DNA of 64,000 nt from an uncultured Pelagibacteraceae bacterium. GTDB taxonomy: Bacteria > Pseudomonadota > Alphaproteobacteria > Pelagibacterales > Pelagibacteraceae. The position numbers were made by a program, and so were the translations under genes. Numbering within the stretch: position 1 is the stretch's first letter; each line of letters opens with the position of its first letter. Positions 31,437-40,791 of this stretch are shown here, one piece after another. The DNA lies in contig CAJQSV010000008.1 in the NCBI GenBank assembly GCA_905616445.1, positions 2,533 to 66,532 on the forward strand, given 5' to 3'. Below the pieces are notes generated by a model. That model did no database searches. It was not told where the DNA came from and was given only the letters and a program-made list of their open reading frames with translations.

Positions 31437-32327
31437 TTAAGGTATTAGTAGGTTTATTACTTGAGAGCCCTGTATAATTTTAATATTTTGTTTTGAATTA
31501 AATATTTCACCATCAACTTGGGTCACAAGGTTCGAGTTTAGTTTGTTAATTTTGATTTGTTCGGATTGAGTGACAACAATACTTTTAGCTTTGCTAAGGT
31601 CACCATAGAAGATAATTAAAAATACGTAATATAAAAGTTTTATTCTTGTTAAATCTTTAAAAATATAAGTCACTAAACCATTTTGAAAAATATTAGTTAT
31701 TTTTGTAATTCTATTTGAGCCAGCATAGTATTTAGAGTTTGTAGATAAAACCCAATCTGCTTCGATTTTCTCATTATCAAATAAAACTTCTATTTTTTCA
31801 CTATTTAAAAACAACAAATGCTGAAAGCCTTTTAGTACAAAAATAACTTTACCAAGATATTTTTTTATACCTGTGTCAATAGAAGCAACAATTTTTCCAT
31901 CAAAACCAATGCCCACCATCAAGAAAAAAAATTTATCATTGATTTTTGACAAACTAATTTTTTTCGTATTTTCTCCGATTAAAACTTTAGCAATAGCTTG
32001 AGTGTTCATTCGTATTTGTGCTTCAATTTGTAAAATATTTGCCGTACCGGTAGGGATATATCCAATTTTTTTTTCTACTAAAGAAGAGTGTTGAAGTATT
32101 TCGTTAATCGCAAAATTAAAAGATCCATCTCCTCCGGCAATCACCAGTCGATCAAATACTTTAGTAGATAAACTTTTAAATATTTCTTTAGCAGAATCTA
32201 TTGATTTTGACTCAAAAATTTCCACTTCATGATCTTTTTTTAAAAAATCAATGATTTGATTTAGGAGCTTTTTACTTCTATTTGCATTAGCATTGATAAC
32301 AATGCAAAATTTAAGTCTGTTTATCAT
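31437..32327 (-). CDS. Soluble diacylglycerol/lipid kinase family (YegS/DgkB-like)
   Basis: IAGGDGS, IPTGTAN, GIGFDG, QVDGE. Confidence 0.88.
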   Translation of the reverse strand: MINRLKFCIVINANANRSKKLLNQIIDFLKKDHEVEIFESKSIDSAKEIFKSLSTKVFDRLVIAGGDGSFNFAINEILQHSSLVEKKIGYIPTGTANILQIEAQIRMNTQAIAKVLIGENTKKISLSKINDKFFFLMVGIGFDGKIVASIDTGIKKYLGKVIFVLKGFQHLLFLNSEKIEVLFDNEKIEADWVLSTNSKYYAGSNRITKITNIFQNGLVTYIFKDLTRIKLLYYVFLIIFYGDLSKAKSIVVTQSEQIKINKLNSNLVTQVDGEIFNSKQNIKIIQGSQVINLLIP

Positions 32328-32550
32328 TTTTAATAATTCTGTAACATATTTAAGAGTTTATTGAAGTTATAGTGTGATTTAAATCTAACGTTAAATCTCA
32401 GAGGATGAGTAATTCTATAAAATTAAACCTATACTAGAATTTTTCAAAAAAAAACGAACTAAAGGTAATTATTAACTATTATAAAATTACTAGTTCTGCT
32501 AAATTTTTTGGAAATAATTAAGTATTTAGAAATCAAACAAAGGAAAAATA

Positions 32551-33858
32551 ATGAAATCACTTAAGAAATTATTCTTTGTTTTTAGTATATTTGCACTCTT
32601 TTCACATGCAAATGCTGAAGCAAAAACTACAATCAATTGGTGGCATGCGTTTGGCGGCAGACTTGGAGAATTACTTGATGTTCAGGTTAAAGACTTTAAT
32701 GCGAGCCAAGATAAATATGAAGTAGTTCACACAAGAAAAGGTAACTACTCAGAAACATTAAACGCGGGTATAGCTGCGTTCAGAGCAAAACAACAACCAC
32801 ATATCTTAATGGTATTTGAAGTTGGAACAGCTTCTATGATGGCCGCTAAAGGTGCTACAAAACCAATTTACGAAGTAATGAATGAGTCTGGATTAAAATT
32901 CAATCAGAACGCTTTTATTCCTCCAGTAAAAGGTTATTACACGACAACAGACGGACAAATGTTGTCTTTACCTTACAATGCATCAACTCCAGTTCTATGG
33001 GTTAACAAAGACCTAATGAAAAAAGCTGGTTTAAAACCTAATATGAGTCTTAAACATTGGGGCGATGTTGGCAAAGCATTAGACGCAGCTAAGGCAGCTG
33101 GAATTTCTTGTGGACTAACTACAGCATGGCAGAGTTGGATACATTTAGAAAACTTTTCTGCTTATCATGACATTCCGTTTGCAACAAAAGGAAATGGTTT
33201 TAAAGGATTAGATACAGAGCTTAAAATTAACGGCCCTTTACAAGTTGCGCATCTAGGTTTGATGGGTAAATGGGCTAAAGAAGGTAAATTTTTCTACGCG
33301 GGTAGAAGAAATGAAGGTGGAGCTAACTTTAGAGCTGGAGAATGTATGTTCTTTACAGAAAGTTCTGCTGGATATGCTGGAATCAAAAAAGAGGCAAAAT
33401 TTGATTTTGGTATTAGATCTTTACCTTACTATGAAGGAACTAAAGGACCACAAAATACAATAATTGGTGGAGCTTCTTTATGGGCTATGGGTGGACACTC
33501 TGCTGAAGAGTATAATGGTGTTGCAGCCTTGGTAAACTTCTTATCTCAAACTAAAGTTCAAAGTCAGTGGGCTCAAGATACAGGATACCTTCCAACAACG
33601 ACTAAAGCATTTAAAGCAACAGGATCTTTTTACAAAAAAAATCCTGGAACTGATATTGCTGGAAAACAAATGTTGGCAAACGCAACAACTGATAATTCAA
33701 AAGGTCTAAGACTTGGATCATTTGATCAAATCAGAAAAATTATTGACGAAGAATTAGAGTCAATTTGGACAGGCAAAAAGAACGCGCAAGTTGCCATGAA
33801 CAGTGCCACTAAAAGAGGTAATGTTTTATTAAGAAGGTTCGAAAGAGCTAATAAATAA
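32551..33858 (+). CDS. ugpB: sn-glycerol-3-phosphate ABC substrate-binding protein
   Basis: Signal peptide, WWHA, KGNYSETL, FEVGTA, IIGGASLW, AAGGA SD. Confidence 0.93.
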   Translation: MKSLKKLFFVFSIFALFSHANAEAKTTINWWHAFGGRLGELLDVQVKDFNASQDKYEVVHTRKGNYSETLNAGIAAFRAKQQPHILMVFEVGTASMMAAKGATKPIYEVMNESGLKFNQNAFIPPVKGYYTTTDGQMLSLPYNASTPVLWVNKDLMKKAGLKPNMSLKHWGDVGKALDAAKAAGISCGLTTAWQSWIHLENFSAYHDIPFATKGNGFKGLDTELKINGPLQVAHLGLMGKWAKEGKFFYAGRRNEGGANFRAGECMFFTESSAGYAGIKKEAKFDFGIRSLPYYEGTKGPQNTIIGGASLWAMGGHSAEEYNGVAALVNFLSQTKVQSQWAQDTGYLPTTTKAFKATGSFYKKNPGTDIAGKQMLANATTDNSKGLRLGSFDQIRKIIDEELESIWTGKKNAQVAMNSATKRGNVLLRRFERANK

Positions 33859-33870
33859 ATCAATTAATTA

Positions 33871-33896
33871 TTGCTGGGGATTTTTCTCCCCAGCAA
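33871..33896 (+). promoter_or_regulatory. GC-rich hairpin after ugpB (mRNA stabiliser or partial terminator)
   Basis: TTGCTGGGGA-TTTTTC-TCCCCAGCAA perfect 10-bp stem between the SBP gene and the permease. Confidence 0.7.
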
Positions 33897-33903
33897 TCTT
33901 TCT

Positions 33904-34785
33904 ATGAAAAATAATGTTATTTTTAAAGGCTGGTGGCTTCCTCTTTTACTGGTTGCGCCACAGCTAATTATTTCTGCAATTTTCTTCTTCTATCCATCTG
34001 GTCAAGCTATATGGAATTCGTTATTTTTACCCGATCCATTTGGTCTTAAAACAGAATATGTAGGTTTAGATAATTTTACTTTTTTACTTAGTGATAGTTA
34101 TTATCGAGCAAGTTTTCTGACTACTGCCATTTTTTCAATTTCTGTTTCTGTTTTTTCAATGGGCTTGGGATTATATCTAGCTGTTCTTGCAGACAGGTTA
34201 ATTAAAGGTGCGGGTGTTTACCAAACTTTACTAATTTGGCCCTATGCTGTTGCACCCGCTATTGCAGGAATTTTATGGATGTTTATGTTTAACGGTAGGA
34301 TTGGTTTAATATCTTGGTACTTAGGCTTACTAGGCTATGACTGGAATCATGCATTAAATAGTGGAGAGGCCATGAGTTTAGTCGTGGTTGCTTCGACCTG
34401 GGGAAGAGTAAGTTATAACTTTCTTTTTTTTTTAGCAGGCTTACAGGCTATTCCAAAATCTATAATCGAAGCTGCTGCCATAGATGGCGCGAACTTTTGG
34501 AAAAGATTTAGATCTATTATTTTTCCTTTATTATCTCCAATAAGTTTTTTTCTTTTAGTAGTTAATATTGTTTATTCATTTTTTGAAACATTTGGAGTAA
34601 TTGATATAATCACTGCTGGAGGACCTGAACAGTCTACCACTACATTAGTGTATAAAATTTATGCTGACGGTTTTATTGGACAGGATCTTGGATCAAGTGC
34701 TGCTCAGTCAGTAATTCTTTTAGTTTTAGTGGGTTTGTTAACTGTGTTTCAATTTAAATATATTGAAAGAAAGGTGCACTACTAA
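33904..34785 (+). CDS. ugpA: G3P ABC permease
   Basis: LLVAPQL, WPYAVAPA, EAAAIDGA; ATG at 33904. Confidence 0.92.
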   Translation: MKNNVIFKGWWLPLLLVAPQLIISAIFFFYPSGQAIWNSLFLPDPFGLKTEYVGLDNFTFLLSDSYYRASFLTTAIFSISVSVFSMGLGLYLAVLADRLIKGAGVYQTLLIWPYAVAPAIAGILWMFMFNGRIGLISWYLGLLGYDWNHALNSGEAMSLVVVASTWGRVSYNFLFFLAGLQAIPKSIIEAAAIDGANFWKRFRSIIFPLLSPISFFLLVVNIVYSFFETFGVIDIITAGGPEQSTTTLVYKIYADGFIGQDLGSSAAQSVILLVLVGLLTVFQFKYIERKVHY

Positions 34786-35642
34786 TGATTGAGAAAAAAA
34801 AATCGGGTTACTGGTTGTCTCACTTAGGGTTATGCCTAGGAGTTTTATTTATTTTCTTTCCTGTTTGGTTAGCTTTTGTTGGATCTACAGTAACGCAAGA
34901 TGATATTTTGCAGCCCCCATACCCAGTTTTACCAGGACCACATTTTTTTGAAAACTATTCAAGTGCTTTATTTCAAGGCGGTCCAGACGGTTACGATACT
35001 GGTCAAATTAGTGTTCTTAAGATGCTTATTAATTCAACGATTATGGCACTAGGCATTACAATTGGGAAAATTATTATTTCGCTTTTGTCTGCTTTTGCTT
35101 TTGTTTATTTTAGATTTCCAGGAAGAAAAACTTTTTTTTGGATAATTTTTCTTACTTTAATGTTGCCCATAGAAGTTAGAATAGTTCCAACCTATCAAGT
35201 GGCGGCAAATTTAGGATTATTGAATAGTTATACTGGCTTGATATTTCCATTGATTGCATCTGCTACTGCAACATTTTTATTTAGACAGTTTTTTTTAACA
35301 ATACCTAGTGAGATGGTAGAAGCTGCAAGAATAGATGGCGCAACACCAATGCAATTTTTTAAAGATATTTTAATACCTATTAGCAAAACTAATATAGCTG
35401 CATTATTTGTTATTTTATTTGTATATGGATTCAATCAATATTTATGGCCATTATTGATTACGACTACTCCAGATATGCAAACTATTGTTATGGGTATAAA
35501 ATTTATGATACCTACTGGTGATGACTACGGACATTGGCCAACAATTTTTAGCACAGCAATGCTTGCTATGTTGCCACCTGTTATAATTGTGATAAGTATG
35601 CAGAAATTTTTTGTTAAAGGATTGTTAGAAAGCGATAAATAG
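34785..35642 (+). CDS. ugpE: G3P ABC permease
   Basis: TLMLPIEVRI, ASATATFLFRQFF, EAARIDGA. Confidence 0.92.
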   Translation: MIEKKKSGYWLSHLGLCLGVLFIFFPVWLAFVGSTVTQDDILQPPYPVLPGPHFFENYSSALFQGGPDGYDTGQISVLKMLINSTIMALGITIGKIIISLLSAFAFVYFRFPGRKTFFWIIFLTLMLPIEVRIVPTYQVAANLGLLNSYTGLIFPLIASATATFLFRQFFLTIPSEMVEAARIDGATPMQFFKDILIPISKTNIAALFVILFVYGFNQYLWPLLITTTPDMQTIVMGIKFMIPTGDDYGHWPTIFSTAMLAMLPPVIIVISMQKFFVKGLLESDK

Positions 35643-35644
35643 TA

Positions 35645-36700
35645 ATGGCTAAAATTAATCTTAAAAATCTTGAAAAGTCTTATGGTAAAACTAAAGTTCT
35701 TCACGATCTAAGTTTTGATATTAACGAAGGAGAACTAATCGTCATCGTCGGTCCTTCTGGGTGTGGGAAGTCTACTTTATTGAGAATGGTTGCTGGTTTA
35801 GAAGAAGTTAACGCAGGAAGTATATTTATTGACGATAAAAAAGTTAATGACCTTGAACCCATGGAAAGAAATATTGCCATGGTGTTTCAGAATTATGCGC
35901 TCTATCCACACATGACAGTCTTTCAAAACATGTCATATGCTTTGAAAATTTTAAAGATACCAAAAGATGAAATCTATTCCAGAGTTCAAAAAGCTGCTGA
36001 AATATTAGAATTAGGTGAGCTATTAGAAAGACAACCTAGTCAACTTTCTGGTGGCCAAAGGCAAAGAGTTGCGATGGGTAGGGCTATAGTAAGAAATCCA
36101 GCAGCCTTTTTATTTGATGAACCTCTCTCAAATCTTGACGCTAAACTAAGAGTACAAATGAGATTAGAAATTAAAAAGCTTCAAACTCAATTAAAGACAA
36201 CTTCCCTATATGTAACTCATGACCAGGTTGAGGCCATGACTTTGGCAGATAGAATGGTTGTTATGAATGAAGGAAAAGTTGAACACATAGGAACTCCTTT
36301 AGAAGTTTATACAAAACCTAAGACACTGTTCACGGCACAATTTATAGGAAGCCCTGCTATGAACATTTTAGAGTGTGAATGTAAAAATGGAGAAATTATT
36401 TTAAGTAATGGATCTACTTTGAAAATAAACACAAAGCATCAAGGAAGAGCTAATCTCGGACTCAGACCTGAAGATTTTTCTATCGACGAAAACGGTCCTA
36501 TAAAATTAAAAATTGAATTAATGGAACTGATTGGTGCGAACACCTTGTTTCATTGCAGGTTAGAAAAAAATAATGAACCAGTTGTTGTAAGCATTCCTGG
36601 AGTTTTAGAAAATAAATACATTGGAAAGAGTGTTGGTTTTTCTTATGACAATTCAAAAATTCATTTATTCGCTATTAATTCAAACCAAAGAATAAGCTAA
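35645..36700 (+). CDS. ugpC: G3P ABC ATPase
   Basis: GPSGCGKST, LSGGQRQR, FDEPLSNLDAKLR. Confidence 0.93.
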   Translation: MAKINLKNLEKSYGKTKVLHDLSFDINEGELIVIVGPSGCGKSTLLRMVAGLEEVNAGSIFIDDKKVNDLEPMERNIAMVFQNYALYPHMTVFQNMSYALKILKIPKDEIYSRVQKAAEILELGELLERQPSQLSGGQRQRVAMGRAIVRNPAAFLFDEPLSNLDAKLRVQMRLEIKKLQTQLKTTSLYVTHDQVEAMTLADRMVVMNEGKVEHIGTPLEVYTKPKTLFTAQFIGSPAMNILECECKNGEIILSNGSTLKINTKHQGRANLGLRPEDFSIDENGPIKLKIELMELIGANTLFHCRLEKNNEPVVVSIPGVLENKYIGKSVGFSYDNSKIHLFAINSNQRIS

Positions 36701-36701
36701 A

Positions 36702-37634
36702 ATGGTTAATCCGTTCTTAAACAAACCAAATTACGTAAGGATATATGGTCATCGTGGAGCCAGAGGTGAAATTGTAGAAAATAGCATCGAAGGGTTTGAA
36801 CACACATTTGCTTTAGGTATTAAAGCCATAGAATTTGATGTTCTTATTTCACAAGATAAAATCCCAGTTTTGTCTCATGATTTTCACCTAGCTCCGAGCA
36901 TGACCAAAGATGAGGCAGGCAATTGGCTAAAAGATACCGAGTTAAAAATTTTTGATAAAAGTTATGATGAGTTAGGTAAATACAACATTGTAAGCTTTGA
37001 TCCTGAAAGTAAATATGGAAAAAGATTTAAAAAACAAAAGTCAGTGACAAATGGAAAAATTCCAAAATTAAGTGATTTATTCGAATTAGCTTTAAAAGAA
37101 AATAATAAAGATGTTTTTTTAAACCTAGAAGTTAAGTCTACACCTATTAGAGCTGGACTAGTTCCAAGCCCAAGTGACACTGTTTTACTAATCTTAAAAG
37201 ATATTAATAAGTACAAGCTTGAGGATAGAATAGTTATCTCTTCTTTTGATTGGAGAATTCTAACAGAACTAAAAAAACAAAATCCTAAAATCTTGAGAGG
37301 ATTTTTAACTCTGCAACAAGACCTTTCAACCAAAAAAAAAACAATTTTTGAAGATTCTCCTTGGTTAGGAAAAAAATTTCCTTTAGATGAGCTTTTCTTA
37401 TTACCAAAAATAATTAAATCCTTAGAGGGACATGTTTGGAGTGTTTTTTATAGAGATGTTACAAAACAAAACATAGATCTTGCTCACGAATTAGGTTTGG
37501 CAGTGATTGTTTGGACGGTTAATGGAGAAAGTGATATTGTAAGAATGATCGAATACGGCGTTGACGGAATAATAACTGATTACCCCAAAAAAACGCAAGA
37601 CATATGCTTGTCAAGAAATATTTCTTGGTTCTAA
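36702..37634 (+). CDS. ugpQ: Glycerophosphodiester phosphodiesterase
   Basis: GHRGARG..ENS, EFDV, HD, EVK, WTVN, GVDGIITDYP. Confidence 0.88.
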   Translation: MVNPFLNKPNYVRIYGHRGARGEIVENSIEGFEHTFALGIKAIEFDVLISQDKIPVLSHDFHLAPSMTKDEAGNWLKDTELKIFDKSYDELGKYNIVSFDPESKYGKRFKKQKSVTNGKIPKLSDLFELALKENNKDVFLNLEVKSTPIRAGLVPSPSDTVLLILKDINKYKLEDRIVISSFDWRILTELKKQNPKILRGFLTLQQDLSTKKKTIFEDSPWLGKKFPLDELFLLPKIIKSLEGHVWSVFYRDVTKQNIDLAHELGLAVIVWTVNGESDIVRMIEYGVDGIITDYPKKTQDICLSRNISWF

Positions 37635-37672
37635 GACTTGCCAAAAAGTAAAATTTTCTATAAAAAATTTCG

Positions 37673-37807
37673 ATGAAAAAAAAATATAACAGAAATTGGT
37701 TAGAAAGAAAATTAGATGAGTACAACCATACAATGGAGTTAATTAGAACCGTCTTACCTTTTATCATTTTACTTCTTCAAATTTATATTATTGCAAAAGT
37801 AATATAA
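37673..37807 (+). CDS. Unlisted 44-aa single-TM small protein
   Basis: MKKKYNRNWLERKLDEYNHTMELIRTVLPFIILLLQIYIIAKVI*; preceded by TTGCCA-17-TAAAAA-6-ATG. Confidence 0.65.
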   Translation: MKKKYNRNWLERKLDEYNHTMELIRTVLPFIILLLQIYIIAKVI

Positions 37808-37836
37808 TAATTTTAAAATTTAGGTATAATTAAATT

Positions 37837-37980
37837 ATGATTTATTTATTTAACACTCTAATTTTTTGCATTCTAGGATTAGTTCTTTTTCTAGGTTTAA
37901 GAGCTATAAGCGTAGGGCTTGTTGCGAGATCTAAAGTCAAGAGATTAAAACCAACATTTAAGAGAAAAAGAAGAAAATAG
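37837..37980 (+). CDS. Unlisted 47-aa small protein (N-terminal TM, basic tail)
   Basis: MIYLFNTLIFCILGLVLFLGLRAISVGLVARSKVKRLKPTFKRKRRK*; TATAAT 6 nt before ATG. Confidence 0.55.
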   Translation: MIYLFNTLIFCILGLVLFLGLRAISVGLVARSKVKRLKPTFKRKRRK

Positions 37981-37982
37981 TT

Positions 37983-38951
37983 TTAATATAATCCTTTAGG
38001 AATTATATAGTAATGAATTGCTAGCACTATCGCTACAGAGACACTCAAACCAAATATCATCTTAGCAAAATCTTTCCCAATTAATGGAAAAACATATTTA
38101 AATTTATAATCTTTATTCATCGTAGAAATTGCTAATTCTCTTCCGCAAAGTAAACCAACAAACACCCATGTTGTAGACATCGGTATATCGTTTAGTTCCT
38201 TGAAGTAGTATAAAACTCCAGCATAAATTACGTTAATAATTGTTGCTGAACGAGCGTATCTAGTTCCTGTTTTATCTAAAACTACTTTTTGTATCGGCCC
38301 GCCATGAATGTAAAATATGTAAAATATTAATATGCTAAAGTAAGCTAGAACAATAAGCAGCAAAGAGATATCTAGTTGTCTTGGCAAATATACAGCAATG
38401 TTCGCAACATCGTGCGACAACCAAACCCACCACAACCAACCAGACGTAATCCACACAGAATTACGCCAAAAACTAATCCATTTATCCTCAGTTACCTCAT
38501 CAAACTTTTCATTAATAAATTTAGATATTACAATCCAGCATATATAAGCAACTGCTGCAGCTATACCGTAACCTACAATACTTTTGACAAGCATTTTTTC
38601 TAGAACTACCGTAGATGCAAATGCCGACAATACTAAAAATGTTGTGGACACAGGAATGCCAACTCTTGTTAAAATTAGAAGTATTGCTGGTGCAACTGCG
38701 TGATACCACTGTATTTCTTGGAAAGGTATTCGAGTTAATCTGCCATAAGAAATATCACCATCATAGCTATACCAACCCCACGTGATAGCAAGGATCATTA
38801 CAAAAGATGCTGAACTAGCAAGCGTATACCACTTAAACCATTTTTGTTTAGATGCTATAAATGTACCTAGAGTTTGAATAGAGTCGTTCGCTATAACACT
38901 ATAACCCGCTAGTCCAAAACCTATAATTGTATAAATTAACGTTAGTTCCAT
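37983..38951 (-). CDS. Polytopic membrane protein, PiT/PHO4 phosphate-transporter-like
   Basis: Duplicated IAND..PVSTT and HDVAN..PMSTT motifs; start moved to ATG 38951 (MELTLIY). Confidence 0.65.
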   Translation of the reverse strand: MELTLIYTIIGFGLAGYSVIANDSIQTLGTFIASKQKWFKWYTLASSASFVMILAITWGWYSYDGDISYGRLTRIPFQEIQWYHAVAPAILLILTRVGIPVSTTFLVLSAFASTVVLEKMLVKSIVGYGIAAAVAYICWIVISKFINEKFDEVTEDKWISFWRNSVWITSGWLWWVWLSHDVANIAVYLPRQLDISLLLIVLAYFSILIFYIFYIHGGPIQKVVLDKTGTRYARSATIINVIYAGVLYYFKELNDIPMSTTWVFVGLLCGRELAISTMNKDYKFKYVFPLIGKDFAKMIFGLSVSVAIVLAIHYYIIPKGLY

Positions 38952-39087
38952 AATGCTGTTTCCATATAATAATTTTTTAATGTTAGAATCATAAAAGGTA
39001 ATTATTGATTTATACCTTGGGAAAAAATTTAATCTAGAAAAGAATTTATTTTTTTGAAATAAGATGAATTTTTTGTAACTATATTGT

Positions 39088-39312
39088 TTAAAACAATAGT
39101 TGATAAAATCCAATTAGAAACAAAGGTATTTGCAGACCAAAATTTGTAAGTATTGCTTTATCTTTTGACAAAAAACCAGCAATTGTCCAACCTACCACAC
39201 CAGCGCCATGAAAGAATATATTCATTGGGTAGTGGTTTAGATTAGTTAATAGAATTCCTGTTAATACTAAAGCAGTACTCACCCATTTCAGGTATTTTTT
39301 TACAAAATTCAT
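39088..39312 (-). CDS. Small three-TM membrane protein (DUF6552-like)
   Basis: KWVST, YPMNI, GWTIAG, D.AILTN pattern. Confidence 0.7.
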   Translation of the reverse strand: MNFVKKYLKWVSTALVLTGILLTNLNHYPMNIFFHGAGVVGWTIAGFLSKDKAILTNFGLQIPLFLIGFYQLLF

Positions 39313-39337
39313 AGGTTTAAATTTTATAAACTATTTA

Positions 39338-39835
39338 TTAAGCTGACTTAATTTTTTTTTCAATAAATGGTGGCAATTCTTCATCTTTATTAAGAACTTG
39401 ATCTTTTTGTCCTTTAGGCTGAAAGGCATACAAAACATGCAATTTACAATATGGAAAAGCATCTACAGGTTTTCTGCCACAGAAGTAAAAATTTTCTTCA
39501 TCAGGATGTCCAGATGGCCACTTACAAGTTTGATCGGTTAAATTTTCTAATGACGTAGGGTTTTCCGGTTCAAAATTTTTATCAAGCAAAATAGTCTTAA
39601 ATTTACTTTTTCTACTAGCTGAACCTCTAAGTTTCGGCTGGGATTTTGTTGCGTCTCTTTTTTCAGAACTCGATTTGCTTTTAGATGGAGCACGTTCTTC
39701 TAAGTCTAGACGATGGGCTTTACCTATAACCGCGTTTCGAGTTGTTTCACCTAACAAACCCGCTATTTCACTAGCTGTATGGCCTTTAGTCCATAGTTCT
39801 CTTAGTTTTTTTACTTTTTGTTCTGTCCAGCTCAT
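39338..39835 (-). CDS. gcrA: Cell-cycle regulator GcrA
   Basis: MSWT, TRNAVIGKAHRL, CKWP.GHP, FCG, PYC..H. Confidence 0.95.
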   Translation of the reverse strand: MSWTEQKVKKLRELWTKGHTASEIAGLLGETTRNAVIGKAHRLDLEERAPSKSKSSSEKRDATKSQPKLRGSASRKSKFKTILLDKNFEPENPTSLENLTDQTCKWPSGHPDEENFYFCGRKPVDAFPYCKLHVLYAFQPKGQKDQVLNKDEELPPFIEKKIKSA

Positions 39836-39976
39836 AATTTTAATTAATACTATATATAGTATATTTAATTAATTTATTTCACTATCTAGTATGCTGAGTT
39901 AACAAATACTAGAAAAAACAACATAAATTAAAGTTTTGCACAAGTTTTTTTAAGTTTAAAAGATATAACACTGCTT

Positions 39977-40789
39977 ATGGTTGAAATTAGTTCAAAATAC
40001 AAAATAGGTACAAGAAGATTTGGTTCCGTCAACTGGATTGGTGCTTGGACACTTTACAAGAAAGAGGTGTTAAGATTTTTAAACGTTTGGATTCAAACAA
40101 TTTTTTCTCCTCTTGTTTCTGCTTTACTTTTTTTATTAGTTTTATCATTAGCTATAGGCACAGACAAAGGTAACGTTTTAGGCGTTCCTTTTATTAATTT
40201 TTTAGCACCGGGTTTAGTTGCTATGCAAGTAATTCAACAATCTTTTTCTCATTCTGCATCATCTTTTATGATTGGAAAAATACAAGGTAATATCGTTGAT
40301 ATTTTATATGCCCCTTTATCCGCAGGTGAGGTTACCTTTGCCGTCACACTTGCTGCCGTCACAAGAAGTGTGATGATTGCCTTTATATCAATTTGTATCT
40401 TTCATTTGATCGTAGATTTTGAAATCAAAAACTATTTGATTTTAATTCTATATACTTTCTTGTCTTCTTTTATACTTGGTGCCCTTGGAATTGTAGCGGG
40501 TCTTTGGGCTGAAAAATTTGACCACATGGCAACAGTAACTAATTTTATTATTGTTCCCTTATCCTTTTTATCTGGAACTTTTTATACTATTGATAAATTA
40601 CCAGTTTATCTTCAAACAATCAGTAAGGGTAATCCATTTTTTTATATGATAGATGGATTTAGATATAGCTTTATAGAAAAGTCAGATGGTTCATTAACCG
40701 TAGGTTTAATATATTTAACAACATTGAGTTTTATTATGTTTATAGCTGCCTATACATTGTATAAAAAAGGCTATAAAATTAAATCTTAA
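39977..40789 (+). CDS. ABC-2 transporter permease (YadH-like)
   Basis: KEVLRF, APGL, PLSFLSGTFY, NPFFYMIDGFRY. Confidence 0.88.
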   Translation: MVEISSKYKIGTRRFGSVNWIGAWTLYKKEVLRFLNVWIQTIFSPLVSALLFLLVLSLAIGTDKGNVLGVPFINFLAPGLVAMQVIQQSFSHSASSFMIGKIQGNIVDILYAPLSAGEVTFAVTLAAVTRSVMIAFISICIFHLIVDFEIKNYLILILYTFLSSFILGALGIVAGLWAEKFDHMATVTNFIIVPLSFLSGTFYTIDKLPVYLQTISKGNPFFYMIDGFRYSFIEKSDGSLTVGLIYLTTLSFIMFIAAYTLYKKGYKIKS

Positions 40790-40791
40790 TC

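Noticed and set aside
32328-32346. Pho-box-like TTTTAAT-AATT-CTGTAAC between the lipid kinase gene and ugpB
   Set aside because: Only one half-site matches and it is about 200 bp from ugpB; not distinguishable from background by eye.
37519-37767. 82-aa minus-strand ORF
   Set aside because: Overlaps ugpQ and the better-supported plus-strand 44-aa ORF, which has a well-spaced promoter.
38952-39113. ORF-track N-terminal extension of the 376-aa membrane protein
   Set aside because: Low-complexity AT-rich spacer overlapping the upstream gene; protein-like sequence begins at MELTLIY.
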